A stretch of 63,908 bases of DNA, filler included, from Sandaracinaceae bacterium (GCA_947483975.1; 3 parts of 3 records of this genome joined end to end with filler, not necessarily neighbours in it); one strand, 5' to 3'. Numbered from the whole stretch's first letter, positions 18,486-29,960 are shown. Program-made: numbers and translations. Notes: generated by a model not told the origin, from the letters alone.

Positions 18486-18875
18486 CTACGAGCGCCGCGC
18501 GAACATCCAGGCGAGCCAGGCGATGCCGAGCACCTGGCCGGCGTTCCGGGCGGCAGGCAGCGCCGCGCCGCGGAGGCGCTGCACCGGGTGGATGCCGAAG
18601 ACGTTGCGCATCCGCTGCGCAGGACCGTCAGGCACGCCCGAGAAGACGAGCCGCGCGTGCGCTTCCCCGGCGACCGCCCGGATGGTCGCGCGCTCGAGCT
18701 TCGTCCGCTCCGCGACGTCCGCGAGCCCCTCGAACAGCCCCGGCGGGATGCGCCCCCGCACGAGCAGCGTCCGCCCGTTGCGCACGGAGAGGCAGAACAG
18801 CTCGTTCGACCGCGTGTAGACGAAGTACGCGAGCCCGAAGCCGAGCGCGACGGCGAGGAGGGTCAGGGGGCTCAT
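18486..18875 (-). CDS. DUF3634-like small membrane protein
   Basis: N-terminal TM, R.NELF...VR.G....VRGR.P, AQRMRNV. Confidence 0.65.
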   Translation of the reverse strand: MSPLTLLAVALGFGLAYFVYTRSNELFCLSVRNGRTLLVRGRIPPGLFEGLADVAERTKLERATIRAVAGEAHARLVFSGVPDGPAQRMRNVFGIHPVQRLRGAALPAARNAGQVLGIAWLAWMFARRS

Positions 18876-19005
18876 GCGCGCAGAGGATACGCGAAGGGGA
18901 GCGTCGGGCTTCCTCCCCTCGGGGCTGCGCAGGCGAGGCGTGGTTGGTTCGGAGGTCCTACGCGTCGCTCTCCCGCCGCGCCCGCGTCGGCCGGGCCCTC
19001 TCGGC

Positions 19006-19146
19006 TCAGTCCTCAGGTGGCTTCGGCGCTGGCTTCGACTCCGGCGCGCGTAGCCATCGCGCCACCATCACGGCGAACGCGACGTGCAGCGCCACCGTGA
19101 GCCCGATGAGGACGACCCAGAGCGGGTTCTGAAGGAGCAGCTCCAT
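19006..19146 (-). CDS. Small single-TM protein
   Basis: MELLLQNPLWVVLIGLTVALHVAFAVMVARWL. Confidence 0.45.
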   Translation of the reverse strand: MELLLQNPLWVVLIGLTVALHVAFAVMVARWLRAPESKPAPKPPED

Positions 19147-19268
19147 CGGCGCGAAGCTTAGTGGAGATGGTCGTGATTCACCCGTCGGCGTCCGCGCGAC
19201 GTGCTCCCCCTGACGGCCGGCGGCCCCCACCGGCGGTCCGCGGCACGGCACCCGTCCGCTGAGGCGCG

Positions 19269-19982
19269 TCAGGTGTCGAGCGAGAACGGCGTGAAGTTCG
19301 TGTCGCGGTCGAAGAAGTCCTCGTGCTCACGCGCCTTGAGGAAGGCGACCACGCGGTAGGTGAGGGGGGTCGCGACGACCTCCCAGCCGACCTTGAGGGC
19401 GTAGTTGGCCAGCATCACCCGCAGCAACAGGTCGGTGCTCCAAGTCCCGGCGAACGCGAGCGGATAGAAGATGAGGGTGTCCGCGGCCTCGCCGACGACG
19501 GTCGAGCCGATCGTTCGCACCCAGAGGAAGCGCCCCCCGGTGCGGACCTTGAGCTTCGCCAGCGTGTAGGAGTTCGCGAACTCGCCGCACGCGTAGCCGA
19601 TGAGCGACGAGAGCGCGATGCGCCACGTCGAGCCGAAGGACGCCTCGAGCGCGTCTTGGCCGTGCCAGCCGGCCGCGGGCGGGAGGTGCACGACGACGAA
19701 GGCCATCAGCGACGCGAACGCCAGCGCGCCGAAGCCCGCCCAGACCACCTTGCGCGAGCGGGCGTAGCCGTAGACCTCCGTGAGGACGTCGCCGAACAGG
19801 TAGCTGATGGGGAAGAACAGGTTGCCCGCGCCGAAGGTGACGCCGCCGACGGTCGCGACCTTGCTCACGCCGATGAGGTTCGCGCAGAGCAGCACGCACA
19901 CGAAGGCAGCCATGATCAGGTCGTAATAGCGGTAGCTACGCGGACTGGACTGGCTGGGAGCGTTGACGGGGGGATTCGACAC
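19269..19982 (-). CDS. yhhQ: Queuosine precursor transporter (VUT/YhhQ family)
   Basis: GNLFFPISYLFGDVLTEVYGY.RSRKVVW.GF, RTIGST.VGE, TPLTY. Confidence 0.9.
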   Translation of the reverse strand: MSNPPVNAPSQSSPRSYRYYDLIMAAFVCVLLCANLIGVSKVATVGGVTFGAGNLFFPISYLFGDVLTEVYGYARSRKVVWAGFGALAFASLMAFVVVHLPPAAGWHGQDALEASFGSTWRIALSSLIGYACGEFANSYTLAKLKVRTGGRFLWVRTIGSTVVGEAADTLIFYPLAFAGTWSTDLLLRVMLANYALKVGWEVVATPLTYRVVAFLKAREHEDFFDRDTNFTPFSLDT

Positions 19983-20133
19983 GGACCGATCCGCTAACAC
20001 TGATGAGTCACCCGCGCACGCGGGACGCGCGACCAGGCCCCGCGCACGACAGACCTCCGCGACCCTCCCCGCGCGCTCGACGCGACGCGGAAGACGGCGG
20101 TGAAGGGGCGAGCGCGCGGCGAGCGCTCATCCG

Positions 20134-20445
20134 CTACGCCTCTTCCAGCCCGAGCGCGAAGCGCAGCGCGTCGTCGAGCGCGCGCAGCTTGTGCTCCGAG
20201 AGGGCGCCGGCGCGCTCCAGTAGATCGGACTTCGGCACCGTGACGAGCCAGTCGCAGTTCACCACGCCGCTCTTCGGCAGTCCCTCCCGGCGCCCGACCT
20301 TCACCTCGACGGCGTAGCCGCGGACGGTCGTGGACACGGGCGCGACGATGACCAGCGCGCGCACCGCGTAGGCCTCCTGGCGCGAGACGAGCACGACAGG
20401 GCGCCGCTTGTCGACGTTCGCCCACCAGATCTCGCCGCGGTTCAC
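20134..20445 (-). CDS. PemK/MazF family toxin
   Basis: RGEIWWA..DKRRPVVLVSR, APVSTTVRG, NCD, L..AL.FALGL. Confidence 0.88.
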   Translation of the reverse strand: MNRGEIWWANVDKRRPVVLVSRQEAYAVRALVIVAPVSTTVRGYAVEVKVGRREGLPKSGVVNCDWLVTVPKSDLLERAGALSEHKLRALDDALRFALGLEEA

Positions 20446-20708
20446 TCGTCGTCCCAGGCGAGCGCCGACAGCGTCCTGCGCGCCGAGGCTCTCGCGCTGC
20501 GCTCGTCCGCGGCCGTCTCCGGTGCGCGCTCGTAGGCCCGGACGTACTCCTCCACCTGACGCGCGCGCCCTTCGGCCCGCAGCAGGAGCCTGAGCGCACG
20601 CCCCAAGAGCGCGCTGCGGCTCTCGCCGGTGGAGGTCCTCAAGCGCTCCGCGCGGACGAGCAGCTCGTGGTCCACGCTGATCGCGATCTTGTCTGCGTTC
20701 CTCGCCAC
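20442..20708 (-). CDS. Ribbon-helix-helix (CopG-like) antitoxin
   Basis: KIAISVD..LL...E....GESRSAL; GTGA overlap with toxin. Confidence 0.8.
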   Translation of the reverse strand: MARNADKIAISVDHELLVRAERLRTSTGESRSALLGRALRLLLRAEGRARQVEEYVRAYERAPETAADERSARASARRTLSALAWDDE

Positions 20709-20727
20709 GGTATGAACTTGTCCTACC
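20709..20727. promoter_or_regulatory. Putative RHH antitoxin operator
   Basis: Inverted repeat GGTATGA-ACTTG-TCCTACC immediately upstream of the antitoxin start. Confidence 0.5.
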
Positions 20728-21322
20728 GGCGCGCGACAATCAAGGCCGAGCGCTGCTGTGGCGCAGTCCTCGCGCGCGAGCACGGCGCGAGAACATCCAA
20801 CCTGGTGACTGTTTCGCCCGCGTGGCTCACCGGCGGGCGCCAGCGAGTGAAGGCGATCGCTCGCGAGGCCAGCGTGGCGCCGAAGCAGCAGCGCGCGTTG
20901 ACCTTCGCGCTGCGCGGAGACCTGCTGCTCAACGTCGGCGGCGTGCTGCTGAGGACGGCGCTGCTCGAAGGCTATCGTTTCCGCGAGGGCGCGCGGCATC
21001 CCCCACGGGAAGACCGGGACCTGCGGGCGGCGTGGAGCGGCACGAGGCGGATGATCGGCCGAGAGTACGAGGGTATGGGGCAGCCCACTCCCACTCCGTC
21101 GAGCGTGCCGCTGAGCGGCTGCGCCGAGCGTCGGCGCCTGCCCGCGGCTGACTACGCGTGCGGCGGGGGGACGTGCTGGGTGGGCTGGTTCGTGGCGCTC
21201 CGGCAGTCCGAGACGCTGATCGTCGCGCCGCGGGCGCGCGGCACGATGAGGCTCTACAAGCACAACTGTGTGCGCGGGGGTGGAGTGAAGCGACTCCGGC
21301 GGTCGTGGGCACCCCGCGCGCG

Positions 21323-21604
21323 TCAGCCGTCGATGAGCTCGAAGTCGGCCTCGGCGGCGATGTACGGCACATAGCGGAAGTCGCGAATCGAGCTCACGCG
21401 ACCGTCCTCGAAGTCGAGCAGGATGAAGGACGCGGGGACGGCGGCGCCAGCGACGTAGGCGGCGCACGCGAGTCGTCCCTCGAGGCGTACGAGCCGGAGC
21501 GCGACGTTCTCCTTGTCTCTGTACGCCAGATAGTCAGAGGTCCCCGGCGGCGTCTTCAGCTCCCACGGCGCTTCCGCGGTGCCCTTGCCTTTGACCTTGC
21601 TCAT
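21323..21604 (-). pseudogene. Chimeric deletion remnant: DUF6855-like N-terminus fused to ECF-sigma SnoaL-like C-terminus
   Basis: GT...PW.LKTPPGTS.Y..YRD start joined to F.LL....G.V..IRDFRY.PY end. Confidence 0.5.
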
Positions 21605-22071
21605 GTCGCCTTCCCCTCCGCTGCGCGCTTCAGATCCTCTGCATAGGCCTCGAACACGGGCCCGAAGTCCGGGAGCGAGCCCTTGATCATGGGGAGCATC
21701 ACGCCCGCGAATTCTTCTCGCATGGCGAACTCGGTGATGCCGTCGGCCTTCGGCGTCAGCGTGAAGGTGCGTACGCCCTTGAACATCGGCGCCATTCCGT
21801 CGCTCCACGTCATCGTGCGCCCGGCCTCGACGTTCGAGACCTTGGGCGTGAACACGCGATCCTTGGCCGACGGCACCTTGAGCTTCAGCGTGCGTCCCGC
21901 GGCGATCTCCCCTTCGATGCTCGTCACCGTCGAGTTCCAGCTGGGGAATCCGGCCGCGTCGGTGAGCAGCGCCCAGATCCTCTCGGGGCTCGCGTGGATG
22001 GAGATCGTGATCGCGCAGTCCATCCGAAACGCGCTGCCCGTCTTCGTCGCCTTGGCTTTGGTGCTTTCCAT
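21601..22071 (-). CDS. SRPBCC/START (polyketide cyclase-like) protein
   Basis: I.I.ASPERIWALLTD...FPSWNS, C-terminal LKRAAE. Confidence 0.85.
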   Translation of the reverse strand: MESTKAKATKTGSAFRMDCAITISIHASPERIWALLTDAAGFPSWNSTVTSIEGEIAAGRTLKLKVPSAKDRVFTPKVSNVEAGRTMTWSDGMAPMFKGVRTFTLTPKADGITEFAMREEFAGVMLPMIKGSLPDFGPVFEAYAEDLKRAAEGKAT

Positions 22072-22336
22072 GGTCTCCCCGCAGTGACGACGATCGGGCC
22101 GCCGAAATAGATGCGCGGCGTCTCTCAGAATCCGTCGGCGACCCGAACGGCGATGCGTCCGCCAGCTCTCTGGAGCTGAGCGAGCCCTCGGGCAATCCCT
22201 CGCACGGGGATGGTCTCTGCGAGGGGAACCTCGAGGCCTTGCTCGAGCCAGCTCGCGAGCCGCTGGAGATCCGCCGGGCGCGCTGAGCGGGCGGCTCTCC
22301 GACGGCGGACGACCTCGACCCCGGCGAGCCGCCCGC

Positions 22337-23464
22337 TCAGCGCGCCGCGGCGGGGCGAGGAACGTCGAGCGTCACGTCCTGGATCGCCTCGTTGAGGCGT
22401 ACGCGAAGCTCGCTGAGGCTCGTCTGCGCGTCGACGATCGTGCGGGTCAGCGCGGCGATGTTCGCGTCGAGGTCGGCGAGGCGACGCACCAGGCGCTGCC
22501 GCAGGTCGGCGGCGCTCGCGACGGTGCGGATCGCCTCGAGGTTGTCGCGCGTCTCCTGCGAGGCGTTCTGCAGCTCGTCACGCTCGGTCGAGGCCGTCTG
22601 CGCGCGGGTCTGCGCGTCGACGAGCTGAGCACGAAGCGCCAGCGCGCGCTGGAGCGCCGGGCCCTGCGCGGCGTCGACGGCCGGCCCGCTGAGGTAGAGC
22701 GCGACCGCCTCGGCCGCGAAGTCGCTCACGAACTCGACGGTGCGCTGGACGGGCGTGCGGTCGACGACGCTGACCTCCGCGTCGCCGTGCGCGGGGACTT
22801 GAATCGGCACGAGCGCGGTCGCGTCGGTCGTCTCGAGATTGACCCCCGGCGCGCTGAGCTCGGCGCCTGCGATGCGCGCGTGGCGCACGTAGACCTTCAC
22901 CGCCGCGGCGCCTCCGTTTCGCGCCTTGTAGACGGTCGTACGTTGGCTGAAGCGCTCGACCGTGACGTTGCCGTGCGAGATGCGCACGAGGCGTCCTTCC
23001 GCCTCACCCATCTGCACGTTCGACTCGACGGCGACCGTGCGATCGACGGCGAACGGCACGAACGAGGTCGCGTCGCGCGGCAGCGTCTCGAGCACGCCTT
23101 GGCCGAGGAACGAGCCGCGCCCGAGCACCGAGATCGGACCGCGTTCGAGCATCGCGCCAGTGCCGTTCACGATCCGCACGACGCGGAATGGGTGGGTCCT
23201 CGAGAGAGGCACGCCGTCGTCCGGCGCGAAGAGGTCGACCTCCTCGCCCGCGACGAGGGTCGACAAGATCGCCACCATCGTCGAGCCGCCGTCCGGGACC
23301 GTGACGCGGTGATCGAGGTCGTAGCTCGTCACGCCCTCGCCGAGCTCTGCGACGGCGGCCATCGTGCGGACGCTCTGCTGCAGCGCCTCCGTCGTGAACG
23401 CCGGAGCTTCCATCATCGGCGCGCTGCGCCGGGAGGGGCGCGGCATGGCGGCCGGAGCGGGAGC
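22337..23464 (-). CDS. DUF4139-domain protein (5' truncated by gap)
   Basis: Y.L...VTVPDGGSTMV, NGT...LERGPISV, C-terminal coiled coil. Confidence 0.7.
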   Translation of the reverse strand, partial: APAPAAMPRPSRRSAPMMEAPAFTTEALQQSVRTMAAVAELGEGVTSYDLDHRVTVPDGGSTMVAILSTLVAGEEVDLFAPDDGVPLSRTHPFRVVRIVNGTGAMLERGPISVLGRGSFLGQGVLETLPRDATSFVPFAVDRTVAVESNVQMGEAEGRLVRISHGNVTVERFSQRTTVYKARNGGAAAVKVYVRHARIAGAELSAPGVNLETTDATALVPIQVPAHGDAEVSVVDRTPVQRTVEFVSDFAAEAVALYLSGPAVDAAQGPALQRALALRAQLVDAQTRAQTASTERDELQNASQETRDNLEAIRTVASAADLRQRLVRRLADLDANIAALTRTIVDAQTSLSELRVRLNEAIQDVTLDVPRPAAAR

Positions 23465-23564
23465 NNNNNNNNNNNNNNNNNNNNNNNNNNNNNNNNNNNN
23501 NNNNNNNNTTAATTAATTAANNNNNNNNNNNNNNNNNNNNNNNNNNNNNNNNNNNNNNNNNNNN
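23465..23564. other. Artificial contig-joining linker
   Basis: 44 N + TTAATTAATTAA (stops in six frames) + 44 N. Confidence 0.97.
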
Positions 23565-25410
23565 CGAGACGGTCGCGACTCCGCCGTTCGACGCTGCGCT
23601 CGGAGGCGCGCGCGCGTCGGTGCGCCGGGCGCTCGGCGCGACGCTCTCGGCGCGCACGGCGGGCATCACCCGCGCCCTCGTGCTCGGCGACGGCGACGCG
23701 GTCGACGACGACGCCAACCGCGCGGTGCGCAACGCTGGGCTCGCGCACGTGCTCGCGGTGTCGGGCTTGCACGTCGTCATCTTGGTCGGGCTGCTCGTGT
23801 TCGGGCTGAGGCGCGCGCTCGCGTATGTGCCCGCGCTCGCCGCCCGCCTCGATGTATCGCGCGTCGCCGCGGCGCTCGGCGTGCCGCTCGCGCTGCTCTA
23901 CGCGGCGTTCGCTGGGGGCGCGCCGAGCGCGTGGCGGTCAGCGGTCGCGGCGGCGCTGTCGTATGGGCTCGTCGCGTGCGGACGGCGCCCCCGCGGGGGT
24001 CCCATCGCCGCGCTCGCCGCCGTCGTGCTCGCCGCGTGGTCCCCGGAGGAGGCGATGCGCCCCGCGCTGCTCCTCTCGGTGCTCGCGACGGCGGCGCTCC
24101 TCACGGGCGGACGGCACGCAGAGCACGCGACCGCGGACAGCGCCCTACTCCCCCGCGACAGCGTGCGCGCCTTGCTCCGCGAGGTGGTCACGGCGAGCGT
24201 GCGCACGACGCTCGCGACAGCGCCGCTCGTGGTGTGGTGCTTCGAGGGAGTGCCGCTCGTCGGCGTGCTCGCGAACGTCGCGCTCGTGCCGATCGGCTCG
24301 TTCGTGCTGCTGCCGCTCGCCGCGCTGCACGCGCTCGTCGCGACGCTGCTGCCTTGGCTCGCTCCGCTGACCGCCGCGCCGCTCGAGACCTGCACGCGCG
24401 CGTTCATCGCGGCCTGCGAGGCCTTCGCCGCGGTGCCGCTCGGCCGCGGTCTGCCCCCGCTCTCGGTCACCGAAGGGCTCGCGCTGACGGCGTGCTGCGC
24501 GCTCCTCTTCGCCGTGCGGAGTTGGCGCGCGCGGCTCGCGGTGGTCGCGGGCGGCGCGCTCGTGCTGTGCGCGGCGGAGGCACACCTGCGCGCGAGCGAG
24601 GTGCCGCACGGCGTGCTCCGCGTGACGTTCCTCGACGTCGCGCAAGGCGACGCAGCGCTGGTGGATCTGCCCGATGGCTCGCTGCTCCTCGTGGACGCGG
24701 GCGGCGCGCCGCGCGGCGGAGCGGACCCGGGGGCGCGGGTGATCGTGCCGCTCCTGCGCGCGCGGCGACGCAGCACGATCGACACCCTCGTCATCACGCA
24801 CCCGCATCCCGACCACTACCTCGGCGCGCGCGCCGTGCTCGACGCGGTGAAGGTGCGCGAGGTCTGGGACGGCGGCCAAGGCGAAGCCGAGTCCCCGGAG
24901 GGCGACGAGACGCAGCTCCTCGCGGGCGCGCGACGACGCGGCATCCCCGTGCGCCGCCCGTCGGACCTCTGCGGCAAGCCGCGGCACTACGGCGGAGCGC
25001 GCGTCGACATTCTCTGGCCGTGCCCCAGGTTCGATACGCTCCTCGACCCGAACGACAACTCGCTCGTGCTGCGCCTCTCGTTCGGCGAGCGCGCGCTCTT
25101 GCTCGCGGGCGACATCGAGCACGAAGCCGAGAAGACGCTCGTCCGCACGGAGCGCGCGCGCCTCCGCGCCGACCTGCTCAAGGTGCCGCACCACGGCTCG
25201 CGCACCTCGTCCGGAGCGGCGCTGCTCCGCGCCGTGGGGGCGCGCTACGCGGTCATCAGCGCGGGGCGCGGCAACGCGTTCGGGCATCCGAACCCCGGCG
25301 TGCTCGAGCGCCTCGCCGCGAGCGGCGCGCGCGCGCTGCGCCTCGATCTGCTCGGCGGCGTGATGGTGACGACCGACGGGCACTCCCTCGAGGTCACGCC
25401 GACCGAGTGA
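23565..25410 (+). CDS. comEC: ComEC/Rec2 competence protein (5' truncated)
   Basis: GLAHVLAVSGLHV, FLDVAQGDA, THPHPDH, NDNSLVL, KVPHHGSRTSS, GRGNAFGHP. Confidence 0.93.
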
Positions 25411-25436
25411 GCCCCTCGACGCGCCCCGCACCAGCG

Positions 25437-25461
25437 AAAACGGCCACCCGGAGGTGGCCGT
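25437..25461 (-). terminator. Intrinsic terminator downstream of fusA
   Basis: Stem ACGGCCACC-CGGA-GGTGGCCGT with short T-run on the minus strand, between convergent comEC and fusA. Confidence 0.6.
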
Positions 25462-25524
25462 CGTCGTCAGTGATTGCCGCGCGCGTTCGTTGCTAGTCCA
25501 ACGAACTCGAGCGCCGCGGGGAGG

Positions 25525-27645
25525 CTACTTCAGGCCGGCCTTGGCGATGATCTGCTCGGCGATCGCGTTCGGCACCGACTCGTAGTGGCTGAACTCCATC
25601 GTGTAGCTCGCGCGGCCCTGCGTGCGGCTGCGGACCGAGTTCGCGTAGCCGAACATCTCGGCGAGCGGGACGTTGGCGGTGATGACCTTCATGCCCGCGC
25701 GGTCGTCCATGCCCTGGACCTGACCACGGCGCGAGTTCAGGTCGCCGATGACGTCGCCCATCCAGTCGTCAGGGGTGACGACCTCGACCTTCATCAGCGG
25801 CTCGAGGATGATCGGGCCGGCCTTGCGGGCGGCCTCTTGGAACGCCTGCGAGGCGCAGATCTCGAACGCGCGCGCGTCCGAGTCGACGGCGTGGAAGCCG
25901 CCGTCCGTGAGCGAGACCTTGACGTCCACGACCGGATAGCCAGCGCGGATGCCGCGGGTGAGCGCCCCGAAGACGCCCTTCTCGACGGCCGGGACGAACT
26001 CCTTCGGCACGGTGCCACCGACCGTATCGTTGATGAACTCGAAGCCCTTCCCGGACTCGTTCGGCTCGATGACGATCGTGATCTTCGCGTACTGGCCCTT
26101 GCCGCCAGTCTGCTTCTTGTAGGTGTTCTCTTCCTCTTGCGTCTTCGTGATCGTCTCGCGGTAAGCGACCTGCGGCTTACCGATGTTGATCTCGACGTTG
26201 AACTCACGCTTGAGGCGGTCGACGATGATCTCGAGGTGCAGCTCGCCCATGCCGGCGATGGTCGTCTGCCCCGTCTCTTCGTCGGTCTTGAGGCGAAGGG
26301 ACGGATCCTCGGCGGCGAGGCGCGCGAGGCCGATGCCCATCTTCTCCTGGTCGAGCTTGGTCTTCGGCTCGATGGCGAGCGTGACGACCGCGGGCGGCAC
26401 CGTGAGGCGCTCGAGCACGACGGGGTTGTCCTCGTCGCAGAAGGTGTCGCCGGTGACGCACTCGACGCCCATCGCCGCGCAGATGTTGCCCGCGTAGCAC
26501 TCCTCGATCTCGTTGCGCTTGTCCGCATGCATCAGCACGAGACGACCGAGGCGCACGCGCTTGCCCGTGCGCGCGTTCAGCACGGTCATGCCCTTCTTCA
26601 GCACGCCCGAGTAGACGCGGATGAAGGTGAGCAGGCCGAACTTGTCGTTGAGCAGCTTGAACGCGAGCGCCGTGAGCGGCTCGGAGTCGTTCGCGGTGCG
26701 CACGATGATGTGCTTCTCGTCGTGCAGGTCCTTGGCGTTGACCGGCGGGATGTCGATCGGCGACGGGAGGTAGTCGAGGACCGAGTCGAGCAGGTACTGC
26801 ACGCCCTTGTTCTTGAAGGACGAGCCGCAGAAGGTCGGCACGAGCTTCAAGGCGATGGTCGCCTTGCGGAGCGCCGCGACGAGCTCCTCTTCGCCGACCT
26901 CCTGCCCCTCGAGGTACTTCTCGGCGATCCCGTCGTCGAAGTCACCGCACTGCGAGAGCAGCTTGTCGCGCCACTCAGCCGCCTGCTCGGCGTACTCCGC
27001 GGGGATCGGGCCGAGCTGGTACTCGGAGCCCATGTCCTCGTTCGACCAGTTGATCGACTTCATGCGGACGAGGTCGATGAGCCCGGTGAACGTGTGCTCG
27101 TTGCCGATCGGCAGCGTCATCACGGCGGGCTTGGCCTTGAGGCGCTCGACGATCATGTCGACGCAGCGGAAGAAGTTCGCGCCCGTGCGGTCGAGCTTGT
27201 TGACGTAACACATGCGCGGAACGCCGTAGCGGTCGGCCTGACGCCACACGGTCTCGGACTGCGGCTCGACGCCCGCGACGCCGTCGAACACGACGCACGC
27301 ACCGTCGAGGACGCGCAGCGAGCGCTCGACCTCGATGGTGAAGTCGACGTGCCCGGGGGTGTCGATGATGTTGATGCGGAACTCGGGGTTCTGCTTCGAG
27401 TCGAACCCCTCTTGGCCGATGCGGCGACGCCAGGAACACGTGACGGCGGCCGACGTGATCGTGATGCCGCGCTCGCGCTCTTGCTCCATGTAGTCGGTCG
27501 TCGTGGCGCCGTCGTGCACCTCGCCGATCCGGTGGGTCATACCGGCGTAGTAAAGGATGCGCTCCGTCGTCGTCGTCTTACCGGCGTCGATGTGGGCGAT
27601 GATGCCGATGTTACGGGTACGCTCCAGGGGGAACTCGCGGGCCAT
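25525..27645 (-). CDS. fusA: Elongation factor G
   Basis: [49 protein letters not shown]. Confidence 0.97.
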   Translation of the reverse strand: MAREFPLERTRNIGIIAHIDAGKTTTTERILYYAGMTHRIGEVHDGATTTDYMEQERERGITITSAAVTCSWRRRIGQEGFDSKQNPEFRINIIDTPGHVDFTIEVERSLRVLDGACVVFDGVAGVEPQSETVWRQADRYGVPRMCYVNKLDRTGANFFRCVDMIVERLKAKPAVMTLPIGNEHTFTGLIDLVRMKSINWSNEDMGSEYQLGPIPAEYAEQAAEWRDKLLSQCGDFDDGIAEKYLEGQEVGEEELVAALRKATIALKLVPTFCGSSFKNKGVQYLLDSVLDYLPSPIDIPPVNAKDLHDEKHIIVRTANDSEPLTALAFKLLNDKFGLLTFIRVYSGVLKKGMTVLNARTGKRVRLGRLVLMHADKRNEIEECYAGNICAAMGVECVTGDTFCDEDNPVVLERLTVPPAVVTLAIEPKTKLDQEKMGIGLARLAAEDPSLRLKTDEETGQTTIAGMGELHLEIIVDRLKREFNVEINIGKPQVAYRETITKTQEEENTYKKQTGGKGQYAKITIVIEPNESGKGFEFINDTVGGTVPKEFVPAVEKGVFGALTRGIRAGYPVVDVKVSLTDGGFHAVDSDARAFEICASQAFQEAARKAGPIILEPLMKVEVVTPDDWMGDVIGDLNSRRGQVQGMDDRAGMKVITANVPLAEMFGYANSVRSRTQGRASYTMEFSHYESVPNAIAEQIIAKAGLK

Positions 27646-27869
27646 GACAGTGCTCCAAGTTTCTCTGCTGCACAGTTGCAGCGTTTTCACTTCAGTTTGC
27701 GGTGCGTCGAGAGCGTCTCGCGGCCAGCCTCACCCTCGCGCCGAGCCTGAACGGCACGCACCCGAGGGAACAGGACTGAGCGCGCGGACCTCCGTGCGCG
27801 GGCGGAGGCTGCCGGAACAGCCGAGGCGAGTCAACGGGACGCTGCTCACCTTCGTCCGGAAGGCTTCGT

Positions 27870-29678
27870 TCACTCGGCCGCGTCGGCGGCCTTGATGCGG
27901 ACCTGAACGAGCTTGCCGTCGAGCTTCTCCTCGTGAACGCGCTGCGCGGCCGGCGCGTCGACGACGTCGCTGTGACAGCCGGCCTTGCTGCCGACCGCCG
28001 CGCCGACGGCCTGCTTCGTCTTCTGCGCGAGGCGATGAAGCTCCTCGGGCGGGAGCACGCCGCGCTTCTCGAGGATCAGCGCCTGCTCGGGCGTCAGCGC
28101 CGCCGAGACGACGGCCTTGCCGCGCACGAAGCCCTCGGCCTTGCCCGAGGCGAACTCGACGATCTCCTTGCTGATGCGCACCGAGCACCAGTCGTGCCCG
28201 CACATCGCGCAGAAGTCGGTGTCGACGTCGAGGTCCTCGTCGTGGAAGGCGCGCGCCGTGTCGCCGTCGAAGGCGAGCTCGAAGTGCTTCTCCCAGTTGA
28301 GCGCCGCGCGCGCCTTGGTCAGGTCGTCGTCCCAGTCGCGGGTGCCCGGGATGCCGAGCGCGACGTCCGCCGCGTGCGCCGCGATCTTGTAGGCGATGCA
28401 GCCCTGCTTGACGTCGTCCTGCTTGGGCAGCCCGACGTGCTCCTTCGGCGTCACGTAGCAGAGCATCGCGGCGCCGTGATAGGCGGCGGCCGTCGCGCCG
28501 ATGCACGAGGTGATGTGGTCGTAGCCGGGGAAGACGTCGGTGACGAGCGGCCCGAGCACGTAGAACGGCGCGCCGTGACAGACGGTGCGCTGCAGCTTCA
28601 TGTTGAATTCGATCTGATCGAACGGGACGTGCCCCGGGCCCTCGACCATCACCTGACAGCCCTTGCGCCAGGCGCGCTCGGTCAGCTCACCGAGCGTGTA
28701 GAGCTCCGCGAGCTGCGCCTCGTCCGACGCATCGGCGAGCCCACCGGGGCGCAGTCCGTCGCCGAGCGAGAACGAGACATCGTGCTCGCGCATCAGGTCG
28801 CAGATCTCGTCGAACCACTGGTACATCGGGTTCTCTTCGCCGTGCACGAGCATCCACTTCGCGAGGAGCGAGCCGCCGCGCGAGACGATGCCGATCAGGC
28901 GCTTCTGCACGAACGCGAGGTGCGCGCGCAGCAAGCCCGCGTGGATCGTGAAGTAGTCGACGCCCTGCTCTGCCTGGTGGCGGAGCTCGGTCAGCACGGC
29001 CTCTTTGGTGAGGTCCTCGATCTTGCGGCCGATGATCATGGCGTAGATCGGCACGGTGCCGATCGGCACGGTGCTCGCCGCGATGATCGCGCCGCGCGTC
29101 GCGTTCAAGTCGCCGCCCGTCGAGAGGTCCATGACGGTGTCGGCGCCCCAGCGCTTGGCGAAGTGCATCTTCGCGACCTCCTCGTCGAGCGACGAGGAGA
29201 CGGGCGAGGCGCCCATGTTCGCGTTGACCTTCGTGCGCGTCGCGCGCCCGATCGCCATCGGCTCGAGGCGATGCGCGAGGTGGTTCGTGTTCGCGGGGAT
29301 GATCGTGCGCCCGGCGGCGATCTCGACGCGCAGCTGCTCCGCCGTGAGGTGCGGCTCGCGCGACGCGACGTGCAGCATCTCCTTCGTCACGAGGCCGAGG
29401 CGTGCGGACTCGAGCTGAGTCACCGGCACGAAGCCCGCGGGCGCGACGGCGATCGTGCGCCCCTGCGCGTCGGTCGTCGTCGACCAGCCGTCCGGCAGGA
29501 AGTCCCACGCGGTCTTCGTCGACGGCTGCGGCATCCCCGGTGTGTCGGGTGACGAGTAGCTCAGCGGACCGCCGAGATCAGGCGCGTTCGCGAAGGAGCC
29601 GGGGTTCGTACCGTCGCCGCGCGTGCTCGGGTTCGGAGCGCCGTGACGGGGGAGCTTGTGCTGAATGCGGTCGGTCAT
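27870..29678 (-). CDS. thiC: Phosphomethylpyrimidine synthase ThiC
   Basis: [60 protein letters not shown]. Confidence 0.96.
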   Translation of the reverse strand: MTDRIQHKLPRHGAPNPSTRGDGTNPGSFANAPDLGGPLSYSSPDTPGMPQPSTKTAWDFLPDGWSTTTDAQGRTIAVAPAGFVPVTQLESARLGLVTKEMLHVASREPHLTAEQLRVEIAAGRTIIPANTNHLAHRLEPMAIGRATRTKVNANMGASPVSSSLDEEVAKMHFAKRWGADTVMDLSTGGDLNATRGAIIAASTVPIGTVPIYAMIIGRKIEDLTKEAVLTELRHQAEQGVDYFTIHAGLLRAHLAFVQKRLIGIVSRGGSLLAKWMLVHGEENPMYQWFDEICDLMREHDVSFSLGDGLRPGGLADASDEAQLAELYTLGELTERAWRKGCQVMVEGPGHVPFDQIEFNMKLQRTVCHGAPFYVLGPLVTDVFPGYDHITSCIGATAAAYHGAAMLCYVTPKEHVGLPKQDDVKQGCIAYKIAAHAADVALGIPGTRDWDDDLTKARAALNWEKHFELAFDGDTARAFHDEDLDVDTDFCAMCGHDWCSVRISKEIVEFASGKAEGFVRGKAVVSAALTPEQALILEKRGVLPPEELHRLAQKTKQAVGAAVGSKAGCHSDVVDAPAAQRVHEEKLDGKLVQVRIKAADAAE

Positions 29679-29733
29679 CGGGCCCTCTGTCGAGTCATGA
29701 GGGCGCGAGCGCAAGGGTGAAGCCCCGTGCCGC

Positions 29734-29832
29734 GTCGCCTTCCCTCCGCCGGTGCTAGCCGGGTCAGGTTCCACGGGTACTTCTCAGCGAGGCTCACCTG
29801 CGTGATCCCCGCGCCCCGAGCGAGGCGGCGAC
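29734..29832 (-). ncRNA. TPP riboswitch
   Basis: Minus strand reads GGGG...GCTGAGAAGTACCCGTGGAACCTGACCCGGCTAGCACCGGCGGAGGGA directly upstream of thiC. Confidence 0.93.
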
Positions 29833-29960
29833 GCTAGCACGCGCAGGGGGGGCGGGTCATCGCGGGCGGCGACCTCCGCCTGGGTCGCGGACCCGTCCGC
29901 GCAGTCCGCCGCCGACGCGCGAGCACTCGCGGCGCCAGCCTCATGCCGCATACTGCGGGC

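Noticed and set aside
19983..20130. preQ1 riboswitch upstream of yhhQ
   Set aside because: No recognisable preQ1 stem-loop or A-rich tail
20667..21374. 235-aa + strand ORF
   Set aside because: No recognisable motif and overlaps neighbouring genes; possibly gene fragments, but I cannot support a call
23465..23564. TTAATTAATTAA palindrome within Ns (also 46322-46421)
   Set aside because: Artificial contig linker; gene adjacency across it, such as comEC relative to the cargo loci, carries no biological meaning
25474..27750. Long antisense/alternate-frame ORFs (e.g. opposite fusA, thiC, fumC, dnaE2)
   Set aside because: Typical shadow ORFs of high-GC coding DNA; the opposite strand carries the conserved motifs
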